DNA of 64,000 nucleotides from Octopus sinensis (GCF_006345805.1 NC_043000.1:158596001-158660000), one strand, 5' to 3'. Positions 36,121 through 50,380 are shown, counted from the first letter of the stretch. Numbers and translations: made by a program. The notes: generated by a model from the sequence alone, not told the origin.

Positions 36121-37588
36121 ACGTGGAATTATTAATGTAAAAAACATTGCCGATTTACTTCAATGTGATATGGAATGTTTTATTTTAGTACCTGTTACGA
36201 TATGGTTGGTTTTTAATATAAGTGATATTTCTGTAAAGCTCGGATGCTTGCCATTCAGTAATCATTTTCGATATCAAATATTTCCACTCAACCTCATGTC
36301 ACCGATACAATAGTATGAAATAAACAATTTGGGAAAATATGAAATGAAGTTCTACTCATGGAGGAAGCAAATAAATATAGCAAAATTCAACTGTATGCAC
36401 TCGTCAGATCTCCCATTGGCAAGGAATTTGCTGCAGGCATTGAGATAACTTCATACATCCAAAAGATGCACACTAAGATTATTCGAATAAAGTGTTGAAA
36501 TGACGGCGAAAAATGCACCTTATTACCCGCCTATTCCTCGAGGAGTCTCTCATGACATTACTCACCATTCAATCGAGAGATCAATGGTTTTCCACTTTAT
36601 ATCACTAAAGCATTTAATATTATTTGACATAAGAAAAGTTTAGTGAAGTTGTCTCTCCATGCGATCCATTTATGTCTTCCCTCTTGCATTGGAAGCTTCT
36701 TGTCAGATCACACTGACATCGTGTGTTTTGAAGAAATTCTAAATCACACTCTCTGTCGACGATAGTGCTCCAGGTTTCAGTTTTGTTCACTCTACACTAA
36801 GGATTCCCTGACCATCATCTCCGATACTGCACATTCTATTTTATAGAATTGTAAATTCTATAACTCTTCGGTCTTTTTCCAGTTTCTTTAGGCTGGGGCC
36901 ATCTACATACGACAAACTTGCACTATTCTCATGAAAAGAGATGGACAAATTACATTTGAATAAGAACATTCGTATTTTGTTTTTCCTTCAACAGCATGAA
37001 AAGAACATCACTGCAGATATCAAAGAAGTGGTATTATAGTGCAGAGCCCAATAATCATTGACACTATCCCATAAAGTTACGGAAAGTAATCTCGAATGTT
37101 CGGTTGAAATGACATTCATATCAGTGCAAAAGTTGTTTCTCAAAGACATGCCTTCGCAAATATTGCTCTCACGAGCCAGAAATAATGTAGTGATACACAG
37201 AATGGCATACAGACATCTGTGACGGTGGTGTTACTATATACAAACATCATAAAACACATCCAAAAGAAATCTACTCTACTTCCCATGACACAGGAACCTC
37301 TAGAACACAAAGAGCAATATGTTTAACTAGCTTTCCCTAGAGAAATTGGATTGGCTTCTGCTGCCTCGAGTTGACTGTTAATTACAAAATCCACCTAAAC
37401 ATTCCGGTTGAATTACGTTCTTCTCCTGTCTCCACTCATAATACCTTCTTATTTACGCCTTGGCCTAATCGTTTTACATAATCATAGCGCCATCAACTGA
37501 AATCTTAATATCGTCATTGTAATTGCTGCAGTGATAGACTAGCAACATTTTAATATGTATGGACATTTTTCACGTGGATATCATCAGA

Positions 37589-37641
37589 GTTTGAGAACCT
37601 GCTACGACCATTGATGCCGCTTTTTCCCCATTATACCATTG

Positions 37642-37687
<46 letters not shown>

Positions 37688-37740
37688 CAGTGATATAATG
37701 GGAAATCGGCAGCATCCATGGCGGTTGCAGGTTCTCAAAC
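37589..37740. repeat. foldback element: ~54-bp inverted arms around (TA)n
   Basis: GTTTGAGAACCTGC..CCATT.ATGC..CCCATTATA..A.TGC mirrored on the right, ending GCAGGTTCTCAAAC. Confidence 0.8.
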
Positions 37741-39392
37741 ACACACACATATATATATATCAAAATGAAAAGAATTTAGAATTTTAACATTCAACATTTT
37801 TGTTTATTTCCAGTTAGAATAAAAACCCGACAGGTGTTTTAATCGCATCAATCGCACATTGTTGCACATTCATATGCACCGATGTATGCATAATTGATAC
37901 GATCACTTCAGGGTAAATAAATTTGACTTATTTTGAAAAGGAATTTTCCTTTTCAATTAATTAGAAATATATTTGGTCGCAGAAGTGTTCCTCTTTACAT
38001 TCTAAGAAACTAAGAAATAAACTGGAACATCGAATGAGAGATGAATGTAAATTACCAAAAGTGGTACCATCGGAAAGAACAAGCCTTGGTATTTTACCCT
38101 GAGAAATTCGATATCTGCCTGGATATCATATCCCTCCATTTAATAAATATATATATATGTGTGTGTGTGTGTATGCGTGTGTATACATACGTATGTATGT
38201 TTCTATTATGCATATGTTTGAACGTGCGTGTATGTCTGCGTGAGTGAGTTTCTGTGTATCTGTATGTGAGAGTATTCTTCGATATATGAATGACTGCATT
38301 ATGGATAAGAATGGACCACACCATATTTAAAATGCGCTGTCACGCTGTATGTTACGATAGTATCTTTACGACTCCATCAAGCAAGAAATTGGAGTCCTTG
38401 AAAAATTGTGAATGCTTGCGTAGAAACACCTAAATGTATATGTAGGAACACCTAAAACTTAAGTATATGTTTGTTTGTGTTCGTTTGTTTGTGTGTGTTT
38501 ATGTGCGTGCGTGTGTATGTGCGTATGTGTGTGCGTGCGCATGCATCGCGCGTAAAGGTATAGTTGATATTCCTATATCTGATTATAATTTAAGTAGGGA
38601 TTAACGTAATGCTATGAAATGTAGAACATAGAGGTGTCTTGATTTTTAATACATGTCCTTGAAAGATTTTTTATCGAGTGTTGTAAACAAACTAAAATCC
38701 AATGGCACCAACTGATTCTGCTAGACCATCCAGAAATGTGCAGCTTCTGCTGATATCATGTTTCTCATTTACACTTTGTTATAATGACAATGTTTTTTTT
38801 TATTTTAAATAACTGTAAATGTAGAATGTTATGTTATAATGCACAGATTTATATCCTATTTTCACACGAATAAATTTTTTTCGTATTTTTCTATGACTAA
38901 CTAAGGTACAGCACTCTTGAAAATAGTATAAATAGTACTACTTGGCGTTAATACCTATCAATGGAAGAGTGAAAGCATTATATACGGCAAATTGATTGTC
39001 ACTATTTTGCAATTTTGAATTCAGTCGTTACCGAGGATAGGTAAGACTATTGTAATCAATGTAAGCAATTTATATCCTAATTCTGGTACCGGGGTGCATA
39101 TAAGACTTGATACTTACCTACCAAATTATCTAATTCAGCTCATTCTAAATAGCTACTACTTTGTACAAACAACGCATGGTGACTGTGCAAAGTGGATGAG
39201 ATTTACTTACATTTCTGATAAAAATTGTAACACATATAAATATACTTAGAATATTCTAACGGTCATAACGCAATGAATTTAACCACTAACAATTGCTAGA
39301 GTTTGTCAGAAATATGGCAGTACATAGTGTTTTAATTAACCCTCATGATTTCAATATCATTCCCGTTAAAGTTTAGATTAAATGTTTTACAT

Positions 39393-39735
39393 ATAGGTGT
39401 AGGTGTTTAACCATATGGCTCACAGGTTCAATCCCAGCGCGTAGCACCTTAGAAACGTGTATTCTGCAATAGCTTGAGGCCAACCAAAACGTTGTGAGGC
39501 CTGTTGATTATATCTCTATGTGTGTGTATGTGTCTTTGTGTGTGTGTCCTAAATCACCGCTTAACAACTGGTGTTGGTGTGTTTATATCCCCTAAAACGA
39601 GCGGTTTCGCAAAAGATAGAATAAGTAGTAAGTTTAAAACAAAGAAATACTAGGATCGATTCGTCCGACCGAACATCTTCACGGCAGTGCCCCATCATGG
39701 CGGCAGTCAACTGACTGGACCAAATAAAGATAAAA
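39393..39735 (+). mobile_element. degenerate SINE family B
   Basis: GGTTCAATCCC..GTAGCACCTTAG; GATAGAATAAGTA; CATGGCGGCAGTCAACTGACTG tail. Confidence 0.7.
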
Positions 39736-40015
39736 AATAAATAAATATATACAATTCTAATTCGCTCCAAATTTTGGGTTCACACTTAAACGTACACGCC
39801 CCTTCATTTATTTATTGCAATCTACCATAATATACCATGAGTGATTTTACTGGTTGTACACTGATGACAAGCTACAAATTTCTTTTCCTAATATGACTTA
39901 TCCAGTTCGTTAGTGATCTCTTTTACGATCATACATTGATGTTCATTGGGCGTGCCAGTGTGTTTTGCATTTACGTTAACCTAATTGATTTTTTTTCTTC
40001 ATCTACTTCATTAAG

Positions 40016-40075
<60 letters not shown>

Positions 40076-41586
40076 TTTATTTCAGCTTGTTTCATTCATT
40101 TCCTTGAGTTTATTTTTGACTTCACGACAGATTATACAACCTGATATTATTCTAATTTCGTTTCTTTATTACATATTGTATGATATGTTTTAATCGGTAT
40201 TTTATTTTACGGTGTTCGCACATACAAATCGTTTAAATTACAGTATGCATTGTTTCTTACTTGAGAATAATTTCATTATATAGTTTGAGTTTTCGGTTAC
40301 ATATGTGACATTTGCAGTCACTTAATCGAGACTAACTTATTTTATACATAATAAACAGAAAGGTTACCTAGACTTTTTGTTGAACAAAACATTTCCATGA
40401 ATACTGCTATTTTGTAATCATCCGTATGTCTCAAACTATATGTATTTGTGTTTGTTTCTCATTTGTTTAGCTTATTCTTGATTCTGATCCTTCCAGGATA
40501 GCTGAGCATAACCTGAAGAATCGTATTATATTTTTAAGTCCATTTCCGAGAAAATATATTCATTAAAGTATAGTGGATTTTGGTACCTTGTAAGAAATCG
40601 GTATTGACACTGTCGTGTATGTATTCATGTTTATACTTGGTAATAACGTAATTTTTTCAGAGTTGCTTCTGCTTCTAATAAACTTTATTTTCAGACGATA
40701 ATTATAAATACTTTTTTTGTTTTTGTTTTCGGAATGTAAAGAGTCGGTGATTGAGAGATGTCAAGCATCTCATTTATTTGGCTGTTAGTGGTATCAGCAC
40801 AGTTAAATTGTTGATCTGCCCATCTCCCATTTCATCAAAAGACCGCTGTGAAAATAATTTATAACAAAATTTCTTTTATAAAGAGTTCACAATACATTGT
40901 CTTTGAACGTATCAGAAATAAATTCTTTGTAATTATTAATCACACAGGAAGCAAAAAGCCGATATCCAGAATGTGTTTATAAATAGAGAAATTAGCTTAC
41001 CTATCGACTTTGAAAACGGACTTCCTATATCAAATAAGGAGATATTTGACCACTTGACCAACGATCGATAAAACATTTCTATCAAGATCTTTGAATATAA
41101 TTATACATGAACTGAAAAATTGTTTTCATTAGTTTTCGAAACATCCTGCGATAGTAATTGAATTTTAATTAAATTTCCTCTAACGTTTGTCGTTTCTTAT
41201 AAATGTTCGTTAGCATCTGTCATTTTATAGATTTGCTGAAGACATAAATCATATTCACTTTATAAGTCTCGTTTATTACTTTTCTAAAGCTAAAATATTT
41301 TATAATTTTGAAGCAATCTTCTGTTTTATAGTGACATATGTTTCGAGATCAGACATCGAACTGACACGGTGTTATGACATCATAGCTCAGAAAATCGTTA
41401 TCACTAAAACAATTTGAATGCCGTCACGAAAGATCGTATAATGAAATTTGAATTTGCACGAATTCCGGAAGTTGATCTTTATGAGATAAACATTTACCAT
41501 TATATGCATTTACATATCAATGCAATAAGAACCTATCTAATAGACACGAGGCTTATCTGTGAAAATAATATATCTAGATATCATAA

Positions 41587-41812
41587 GGCGGCGAGCTGGT
41601 AGAATAGTTAGCACGCCGGGCGAAATGTTTACCAGTATTCGTCTGTCGCTACGTTCTGAGTTCAAATTCGCCGAGGTCGACTTTGCCTTTCGTCATTTTA
41701 GGGCCGATTAACTAAGTACCAGTTACGCCCTGGGGTCGATGTAATCGACTTAATCCATTTGTCTGTCCTTGTTTGTCCCCTCTATGCTTAGCCCCTTGTG
41801 GGCAATAAACAA
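41587..41812 (+). mobile_element. SINE family A
   Basis: Full alignment with 1070-1292. Confidence 0.88.
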
Positions 41813-41856
41813 TTAAATATATCTAGATATCATGTTTCGCATTATCCGAGAAGTTT

Positions 41857-42040
41857 AGGGAGCGAGATCTCAGAATAGTTACCACGCTGAGCAAAACCCT
41901 TCTTGGCATTTCGATCGTCTTTATATTTCGTCTTTATATTCCAAATTATTCAGAGGTCGACATTGCTTCTTAATCTTTTGCTTTCGATGAAATAAGTGCC
42001 AGTTGTGTACTGGGTTTGAAGTAATCGACCGACTCTCTAC
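41857..42040 (+). mobile_element. degenerate SINE family A, tandem to the previous copy
   Basis: GAGGTCGACATTGC..GATGAAATAAGTGCCAGTTGTGTACTGGG..GTAATCGAC. Confidence 0.6.
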
Positions 42041-42296
42041 CCACCACCAAAAAAACCCAAAAAAACTCAGTATTATAGCAGACAGGATTGTCAGTAAAGA
42101 TTCTCAATTCAGGTCGGTAAGCAATAATTAGTACACAAATTATTACAAAGCTGAATGTTATTTGGGAGATGTTTTATGATTATTGCTGTTATAAACTATC
42201 ATAAATACGTGAATGCCTAATTTTTAACAAAGTGAATTAATTTTTCCTGAAACAAATTAGAATAATTCAAGAGTATGACTATAAGAGATACTCACA

Positions 42297-42395
42297 GGCG
42301 CAGGCGTGGCTGTGTGGTAAGAAGCTTGCTTCACCAACCACATGCTTCAGTCTTCATCCCCATTTGGCATCACGAGCCAGTGTCTTCTACATTTG
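42297..42395 (+). mobile_element. SINE family B head fragment
   Basis: GGCGCAGGCGTGGCTGTGTGGTAAGAAGCTTGC. Confidence 0.75.
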
Positions 42396-42424
42396 TGAGA
42401 CATGACAGCATAGAAAAGTACATA

Positions 42425-42998
42425 TCCACTCTGCGCGTGATTAGACTTCGAAAGTTTGGGAAGAATCCATTGACCCGATTTACTGGCTTTTTCCGATGGC
42501 ACGTAAGTGTTGATGTATGCTGAGTGAACAAATCCAAGCTTCCTTGCTACGATTTCCCCAACAGTTACGATGGGAGTTTGTTCCACCAGAGTGTGCAGAA
42601 TGTCCTCGTCAAGGATCTTCCAGGACGAGGCTCGTCTTCTAGGCTGTAGTTTCCTCCTCGGAATTTCTGGAACCACCGTTGACACTCTCTAACGCTTCTT
42701 GTCCGATCCCCTATATACTGCATTAATATTCTTCGCACTTTCCGCTGTGTTGTTGCTTTTACTGAACTCATAAAGTGAAATATGCCGAATATGCTCATTT
42801 GTCACTTCCATTATAGCTTTGAAAAAAATAACTGCTAAAATCGAAATGCATTCTTGAAAACTTTCACTAAGAATAAGTACAAGGAAAATTTACTACCTGC
42901 TTTTGTAGCAAGTTGATGCAGGTATGTTATTCCATCCCGCTCCGAATTTTAGTTCATACAGTTTAAAAAAAACGCATTATTTATGGGATGACCCAATA
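42425..42998 (-). mobile_element. 3'-truncated mariner (5' TIR and HTH region)
   Basis: TIR-like TATTGGGTCATCCCATAAATAATGCG; translated SVRECQRWFQKFRGGNYSLEDEPRPGR and GQWILPKLS (WVPHEL-like); frameshifted. Confidence 0.8.
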
Positions 42999-43008
42999 TA
43001 TATTATTG

Positions 43009-43205
43009 TTTTACTTGTTTCAGTCATTTGACTGCAGCCATGCTGGAGCACCGCCTTTAGTTGAGCAAATCGATCCCAGGTCTTATTCTTTGTAAGCTTA
43101 GTACTTATTCTGTCGGTCACTTTTGCCGATCCGCTAGTTTACGGGGACGTAAACACACTAGCGTCGGTTGTCAGGCGATGTTGGCGGGACAAACACAGAC
43201 ACAGA
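43009..43205 (-). mobile_element. SINE family B, 3' half
   Basis: Aligns with 20480-20680. Confidence 0.85.
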
Positions 43206-44610
43206 TTATTTTGTTAAAATTAGAATAACAAGAAAAAATTATTTTGTTAAAATTAGAATTAGAAGAAAAAAAGTTATAAATGCATTGCATTTATTTCCAG
43301 TAAAACGATAATCACTTTTAACATTACATAATAATATTAAAATATTAATATTATGGTATTAATGTTATAATAATAGTTTCAATTTCAGCTGAATAGACAC
43401 CATTTCCTCTTCGATTTATAAATAAAGCTAATTTAGATTCTTTATTAAATGTGTGAATATTAAATATGCTAAATAATATCGACATTCAGGTAACGTTTAG
43501 GAGCAAAACAAAATAGAAACCTCCAAAGTGGCAGACTAGTAGAGACAGTGAATATATTTTTCACTTTCTTATTTAGTTACATTTCTGGTATTCATTAAAA
43601 GTTGTGTAGCTTACGTATGTAGATCATTCCTGAAAAAGTGAATCTACCCATTGGTCTCACTTCATTTATGTTGCAATCACAGGTGGAATTGAATGGGTAT
43701 TACAACATATTATTTTCTTATTGGTACGCTGCTTATCGTATGTGCATGGATTTAATATTTTTATTCGATTTCAATTAAGGACGATCGTAGAATATGTGAT
43801 TCGCACCTGGAAAGATATTTCTTTTTCGATGTTGTAATTGTTTCACTTCCCTTACATTGCTGAAGACGATGGAAAAGACAGACACATAATTTTTCATGTG
43901 TTATCATTCTACACCTATGGTCATTTGATTGAATCAAAAATCAATATTTTTCCTGATAAACACTTCCTCCCTCAGTAATATCACTGATATTTATCAGTAG
44001 TTACAGCGAATCTTTGGCATTGTCAAGAGAGATGTTGTAAAAGAGATTTCGGAATTTTCAGCAGTATACAGAAAAGACGTTCTGGAATGTCTTAACATAT
44101 TAAACCGTTTCTGCAGCTTGCTATTGGTTAACTCGCGTAATTATGGAGATAGTAAATAGATTTGTTATTCCATTTATTTCGATTCTGTTCAAAATCCCGT
44201 GATAGCTAACAATTCAGATAGCATTTAGAAAGATGAATTGCTGCTATCGTCATTATACAGGTATTAAAACGAATCGCTTAGTTATTAGAGCCGATTTTCC
44301 TGTCCAACGACGAATCGTAAACAATATGACTTCTTTTATATCAACTCATTTACTGACATTTCGCTGATTCTATCATAGAAAGAAATGCCTACACAGTAAG
44401 ATTTAAGACACGTTTTGCCAAGACAATTTATTTTATTTCATCCGCTTGTTTGCGATTAATTTTCCGATTTTATTTTTGTTCTGAAAATAAATAGGAAGAC
44501 ATACAAACATACATACGTACATACATACGTACATACATACATATATACATACATACATGCATACATACTACATACATACATAATACATACATACATGCAT
44601 GCATACATAC

Positions 44611-44643
<33 letters not shown>

Positions 44644-44689
44644 CATATAGACACACACATATCCGCCAACACACGCACACACACAGATA

Positions 44690-44880
44690 GTTGAAATTTA
44701 TAGAAAAACAAAACACGAACACAGGTGTATGAGCAACAATCAGGTGTCTTAATTTGACGCTCAGAAGAATGAAAACGTCCTTTACGTTTCGAGCCTACGC
44801 TTTTCAACAGAAAGAAATAAGAGGAAATAAACAAAGAGAATGAAAAAAATGTGTAGATTTACCGCTCAAGCATGGTGAAG
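44690..44880 (-). mobile_element. possible Penelope-like terminal repeat fragment
   Basis: Contains the hammerhead-like motif at 44779-44814; no ORF. The Penelope assignment is inferred from the motif only. Confidence 0.4.
44779..44814 (-). ncRNA. variant minimal hammerhead-like motif (CUGUUGA core)
   Basis: CUUU CUGUUGA A AAGC-GUAG-GCUC GAAA CGUA AAGG: stem I CUUU/AAGG, GAAACGUA end, non-canonical core. Confidence 0.35.
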
Positions 44881-45240
44881 GATTTGCAAACATTTTTGAA
44901 AGAAAAGGTTAAAAGAAAGGGAGATAATAAAGTGCTGGTGATCCAAAATAAAGGTGCGTGTGTGAATGTGGTGCGATGGCGTACTGTTGTGGGTCGTGTG
45001 GCGTGGTGGTGTGGGGTGTATGTATATATGTATGTATGTATATATATAAATATATGTGTATACATACATATAAATATTGTATATATATATATATATATAT
45101 ATAACAAATGAATAACCACTAAATTAAAATTTAACAAATGAATAACCACTAGATAATAATATATTTATTATATATATTTATTATAATATATATATATATA
45201 TATATAAAGTAAAAGACTCAAAAGGAGTCTTTTTAATTTA

Positions 45241-45298
45241 TTTTATTTTATTTTATCTAGTTTCAGCTCACGAGCTGTGGCCATGCTGGGGCACCGCC
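45241..45298 (-). mobile_element. short SINE-B/CR1-type 3'-end fragment with variant hairpin
   Basis: Reverse complement GGCGGTGCCCCAGCATGGCCA-CAGCTC-GT-GAGCTG-AAAC-TAGATAAAATAAAA. Confidence 0.7.
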
Positions 45299-46022
45299 AT
45301 TTTCTACAATCGCTACAAATGTTTCCATACATACAGATCCTCGTACATACAGGATTTAAAGTTAAGTTTAAATTAAATTATGTAACGATTTACTTGTATA
45401 AGAAGATCTCTATGTATCTTCTCAGGCGATACTGAGTTGCTGTCTCCGAAAGTATATTTAGATTTCCATGCTACATCATCCATGGCTTCTTCTTTGAAAC
45501 TAACAAACGGACGGTTTGAATTCGCTCGGTATGAGAGCGTTATCACGTTCGACATGAGCTGCAATGTGCAAGTTGTCTATATATTTATTCAGTTTCAACA
45601 TGTTATTCTGCACATGATTAAAAAAGCTGCCTAACCGTACTTATATATATATATATTATATATATACATATCCATGTCTATCTGGAGTACAACTTGGGGA
45701 GTGATAGTCGACGTGATCTCTAAGATAACAAATCATGCTGTATGAGGAAACAAATCTAAATACGCAAGTGATAGATTCGCCTTCATATATATGAATACGA
45801 TCTATGTTGTCAAGCAAATTGCTAGAATGGTATAACTTTCAAATTATGTAATATAGCCTTCAATAAAGACTTGTATTGAAGTACTTCTAGTGTACGGGAT
45901 CGAGACATCTGGAATGATTTTCATTCTATGTTTTTTTCGATCGGGTTGGACAAGCATTTCAAAACAACGGCAACGACAACAAAGATGCTGACAACGAAGG
46001 CGCGGACATTACGGTCTGACAA

Positions 46023-46149
46023 TATCATCGAATGCATTGGTGATTGTATATTTCCAATGAAACAGCTTTGGGCTCATATCTAAAACCTTAATTGTCATAT
46101 TATCATCGAATGCATCGGTGATTGCATATTTCCAATGAAACAGCATTGG
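46023..46149. repeat. two 49-bp direct repeats, 78-bp period
   Basis: TATCATCGAATGCAT(T/C)GGTGATTG(T/C)ATATTTCCAATGAAACAGC(T/A)TTGG at 46023-46071 and 46101-46149. Confidence 0.85.
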
Positions 46150-47559
46150 TCAGCTCTCTAACTAATGTAATTAAATTTTTTAGATTTTCTAACATTGATA
46201 CGAGTATAGCTGGATGAGAGATACATTCACAGAGGCTGAAATGCTTTATTTAAATTCTCTACTATCGATGTTGTCAGAACTAAGAAACTTGTAATCTTTG
46301 TATTTACAGCAATGTAACACCACTTCATATAGTATATACCAACCACAAATTTTCTTAAGAATTAGTCATTTGGTATTTATTTATAACATCCGAATAACTA
46401 GCGTAACCACTGGTTCGACCATGCGCTTTTTATACAAACTGTCCAGCATCTTCGCTTGATTCTCGAAACAGGGATGCACTTTCAGAGCATCTCGTTCCCC
46501 TGCACCTTGTTAATTTTGATATTATTCATTCCATTTTCATCTGTTTTGTCGCTATGGACTGACACTAAATATTCTCGCTCAGAAATTTAACCATTTGATA
46601 GACCATCATAATCCAGATTTTTTTTCTAATGTGAATGTTCAAATTACATATCAGTCAACCTACTCTATAAATATCGATGGAAATTAAAATGCTGCACTTA
46701 CGGTGAGTATGCATGAAATCCGAATCACATTATGTCTCTTGTTCAGGATAAGCAGTCAAACATAAATTTTCAGATCATACACTAACGCAATTTCAAGTGG
46801 AATGTTTATTTACATAATCTTTAAATATCTTTACCTGTAATGCTCACAAAAATCGTGGAATTTCATTACAGATCAGGAGGCCGAACGGAAAATAATTTTC
46901 AATAAACTCATGTATAATGCTTCCAGTAATCAAATGATTATATTGACAATATTTTGGTTATGTAAAAGCTGAGGCCTTCTTAGATATTTGCATTTAATTT
47001 TATATCTGTAATTTTTTAATGCATTTTCCCCCCTTTGAACTTCCTAAAACACATTAATTAGTAGCAACGATATTTTTGTTGCCATAAAATAGAATTTTAA
47101 TTCTAACATTTTGGTCCTCAATAATAGTCCAACTTTTAATATAATTTCCATTACACCTAGGTCTGCTGGTGCTAATTAAGTTATTCCCACTTTGCATTGT
47201 AGTAATATTTTTAATTACTTACTTTCATTAACGTTAATGTCCATTTAATTACGAGCTTTAATATTTTAACTGCTTAATATTTAAATCCACACTTTTAGTT
47301 TCTCGCCATTAAAACTCTCATTTCTCAGACGCTGTCACATTTAATCAAATTAAATTTAATAATTTCAATTTCCAACATCCAAAACATACATAGAATTTAT
47401 TGATTTATTTGTAATCGGGAAATATTTAATTATGATTCCTGCTGTAATCTGTGTTCAATGTGCATATGGTTATATTAAACATTCATAGGAGCCATTTTGA
47501 ATTTAACTCTAATACAGAATATTTTGACAAAACTTGCCGTCTGACAAAGGTTACACCTC

Positions 47560-48020
47560 TTCATGCAGAGCCTATTTACGTTCGCCCTAGGGTGGAGGTC
47601 AGCGTGCATTGTCATTTTCTCTGTTTGGTAATGATATCGTATTGGTTAATTTCTTGTTCGTGTCCATTTCAGGATGGGTGTAGTATAGCAGACTGCAGCA
47701 ACAGCCAATATGTTGATGGCAGTCACAATGTTTCTTGAGTTGAGTTTTGACTTCAAGATAAGTCTGGGGTGTTCCAACTATGCAGTGGTAACCTTGTGAC
47801 TCATTTCTCTGTACAAGTCCAGCTCCAGGACTCAAATGTACTTGTACCCATAATCATCCGGGTCTTCCATTCGCTATCCGTTTCTCCCCTATACCTTTGC
47901 TGCGCATTTTCACAGTCTAAACAACCTTCTTCATTTCAGCCTCTGTTTTTGCCAACAGTTTTCAATCATCCATGAAGAGAAGGTGGTTGAGATGAGGTTC
48001 ATTCATTCTCAGCCCATAGC
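47560..48020 (-). mobile_element. old degraded R4/Dong-like RT fragment
   Basis: My translation: HLNHLLFMDD*KLLAK; LILKSKLNSRNIVTAINILAV; HPRANVNRL. Confidence 0.72.
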
Positions 48021-49129
48021 ACATGTCAAAAATGAGTAAACAACACGTCTTTTGCAGTTTTATGCATTGCAATTGCACGAACTTAAAATATTTATCCAAA
48101 AACTTTATTTCGCTGTTAGTTGTAGCACACCTCACACCCACATCAGTGACAAAAAGAAACGAGTAAGCAAAACATATTTTCGAGTTTTAAACATTCAATA
48201 CGTATTTAATGCGATAGTGCGAACTTAGAATATTTATCTAATATAAAAATAGCACATTACAATTTATATATTTTTAAAAAGGAAACATTACGTTGACTAG
48301 TTCATAAATTTACATGCTCATTTGTCAATAGATAGGTAAAATAATTTATTTCACTATACTTATCAACACGAGCTTTCTCGAAGACACAAGTGTTCTCATG
48401 TTACTCCTGTTACTATGGAAACTGGCATGAATGTATCTGTGGCTTACTATTGGCTAAAATTACCCAAAATCTTTAAACTTTAATTGCTAATAACTAATTA
48501 TTTATTGATTTATAGCGAAAATGATCTTCACGTCATTCATTAACCTAAAGAAATGCATCATTACACTGAATATGAAATCAATTCGAACAGAACTGATGCT
48601 GACAGTCAAACCGAATAGATCCAAAATAAATTTCAAAGCAGTGATTAGCATATAAAACCAAATCTTTACACCGAATAGGAAATCAAATCGAGCAGGAGAT
48701 TCAAAATTGGCAGCCAAACTAAAAAGATTCCATGCGCTCTTCACTTAGACAGCCGCATACAGAATTACATTAAGCGATGTATCTTTTCGCGTATATGTTA
48801 GGTGTAATTTGAAAAAGATTTAATTGCACTTTGTATCATTCTCAGAGTCCATTGCTCACTTGCAATCATCTTCGGTGATTAAGCTCAGCGTATAAAAAAG
48901 AAAGATTGTTACTTTTATCCTTATTTCTGAGGTCACGTTATGTGTTTGTATCATTGTTGTTTTTGTCTCGATCTTGGCCATGTTCTGTAGCCATAAGATC
49001 GGAGTAGGGTGGGTGGTTGGCAGGTTTAAGTTGCTTCCTCAGTTGATGCTCTTGTTGTAGCTGTTGTTTTTGTCTTTCTCCGAGCAGTTTTCTATCGCTG
49101 TTGTCAATCGCTTTATAGTTGAATCTTTA

Positions 49130-49325
<196 letters not shown>

Positions 49326-49537
49326 GTGGTTGGGTAGATGGCTGGATGAGTGGCTGGGTAGTTAGGTGGTAATGTAAATATCTGTGTTCGCAACTATCTT
49401 CTCGGATTTAAGCTAGTCATTTCGGTTTTTTGCAAAAGTGTGTGGGCAGCAAAGCAAGATAATTTTGGTGGGGAGGCGAATATACATGTGACCTCTACAG
49501 CGCTGGCTTGGTCATTTACAGGACCTAATTATTATTA

Positions 49538-49643
49538 TCTATTTCTTTACTACCCACAAGGGGCTAAACACAGAGGGGACAAACAAGGACAGACAAAGGG
49601 ATTAAGTCGACTACATCGACCCTAGTGCGTAACTGGTACTTAA
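49538..49643 (-). mobile_element. SINE family A, 3' half
   Basis: Reverse complement of the 1190-1290 region. Confidence 0.82.
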
Positions 49644-49949
49644 ACTACCATTATTATTATCATCATCACCATCATCATTGTCAACACTAATATTATTATT
49701 AATTTAAGTACTTTAATTACTGTGAAATCGATGTTTGAGTGTGGCTTGTACAAACAGTAGTGTGTGCTTGTGTAGGCATGGGACTGCGTATGTGATTAAT
49801 GGTAGTTAGTGTTTGTACTTAAGTTTTTGGTGATCGTTGTCAGAGCTAGGGGGCATGTTCTAAGACATGAAGAGACGAAAGCCTTTCTATGGGCCTGAGT
49901 GGAAGACGTGCAACGTAGCAAGAAAACCACAATTCGGTCTTTGAAGGGC

Positions 49950-50380
49950 AAGGCCGGGATAGGCGCCGGCTACACGAATCCAAGGAAATGCGTACAGAAT
50001 TTCAGCGGCAATTCGCCAAACTAATCGGGGTGCTCGGTCTGTCGGGAATCAATGTGGATTCCACCTCCTACCTCGACAGTATGCCACGCCTTTCAGCCAG
50101 GGTTGCGGAGTTCTGTGAAATGCCGATAACAACCGAAGATATACGGGACGTGATGATGGGTTGCACAAGAGAGAGCTATATCTTCGTATGTCAGGATTGG
50201 TTGGTGATCTCGTGGCGGATGTCTACCACAACTGGCAGCAGAACGGGAGAATACACAGTACTGTGAGCCATGTCGCGGTGGTGCTGCTGAGAAAAGATTC
50301 GAACAACGGAGATCAAATAGATACTTTTAGGCTCATAACTTTGCTGAACGCAGATTATAAGATTTTGGCCAAGAGGATGG
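49950..50380 (+). mobile_element. Tx1/L1-clade LINE fragment (N-terminal RT region)
   Basis: CEMPITTEDI; VVLLRKD...FRLITLLNADYKILAKR, the RPISLLN.DYKILAK motif of L1/Tx1; frameshifted. Confidence 0.75.

Noticed and set aside
36072-37500. Full Tigger/pogo element
   Set aside because: Only one TIR-like end; no second TIR or transposase motif found in my translations.
43205-43270. ~33-bp tandem duplication (similar 31-bp one at 45100-45150)
   Set aside because: Ordinary slippage duplications in AT-rich DNA.
46023-46149. CRISPR-like repeat-spacer-repeat
   Set aside because: Only two units, eukaryotic context, no cas genes.
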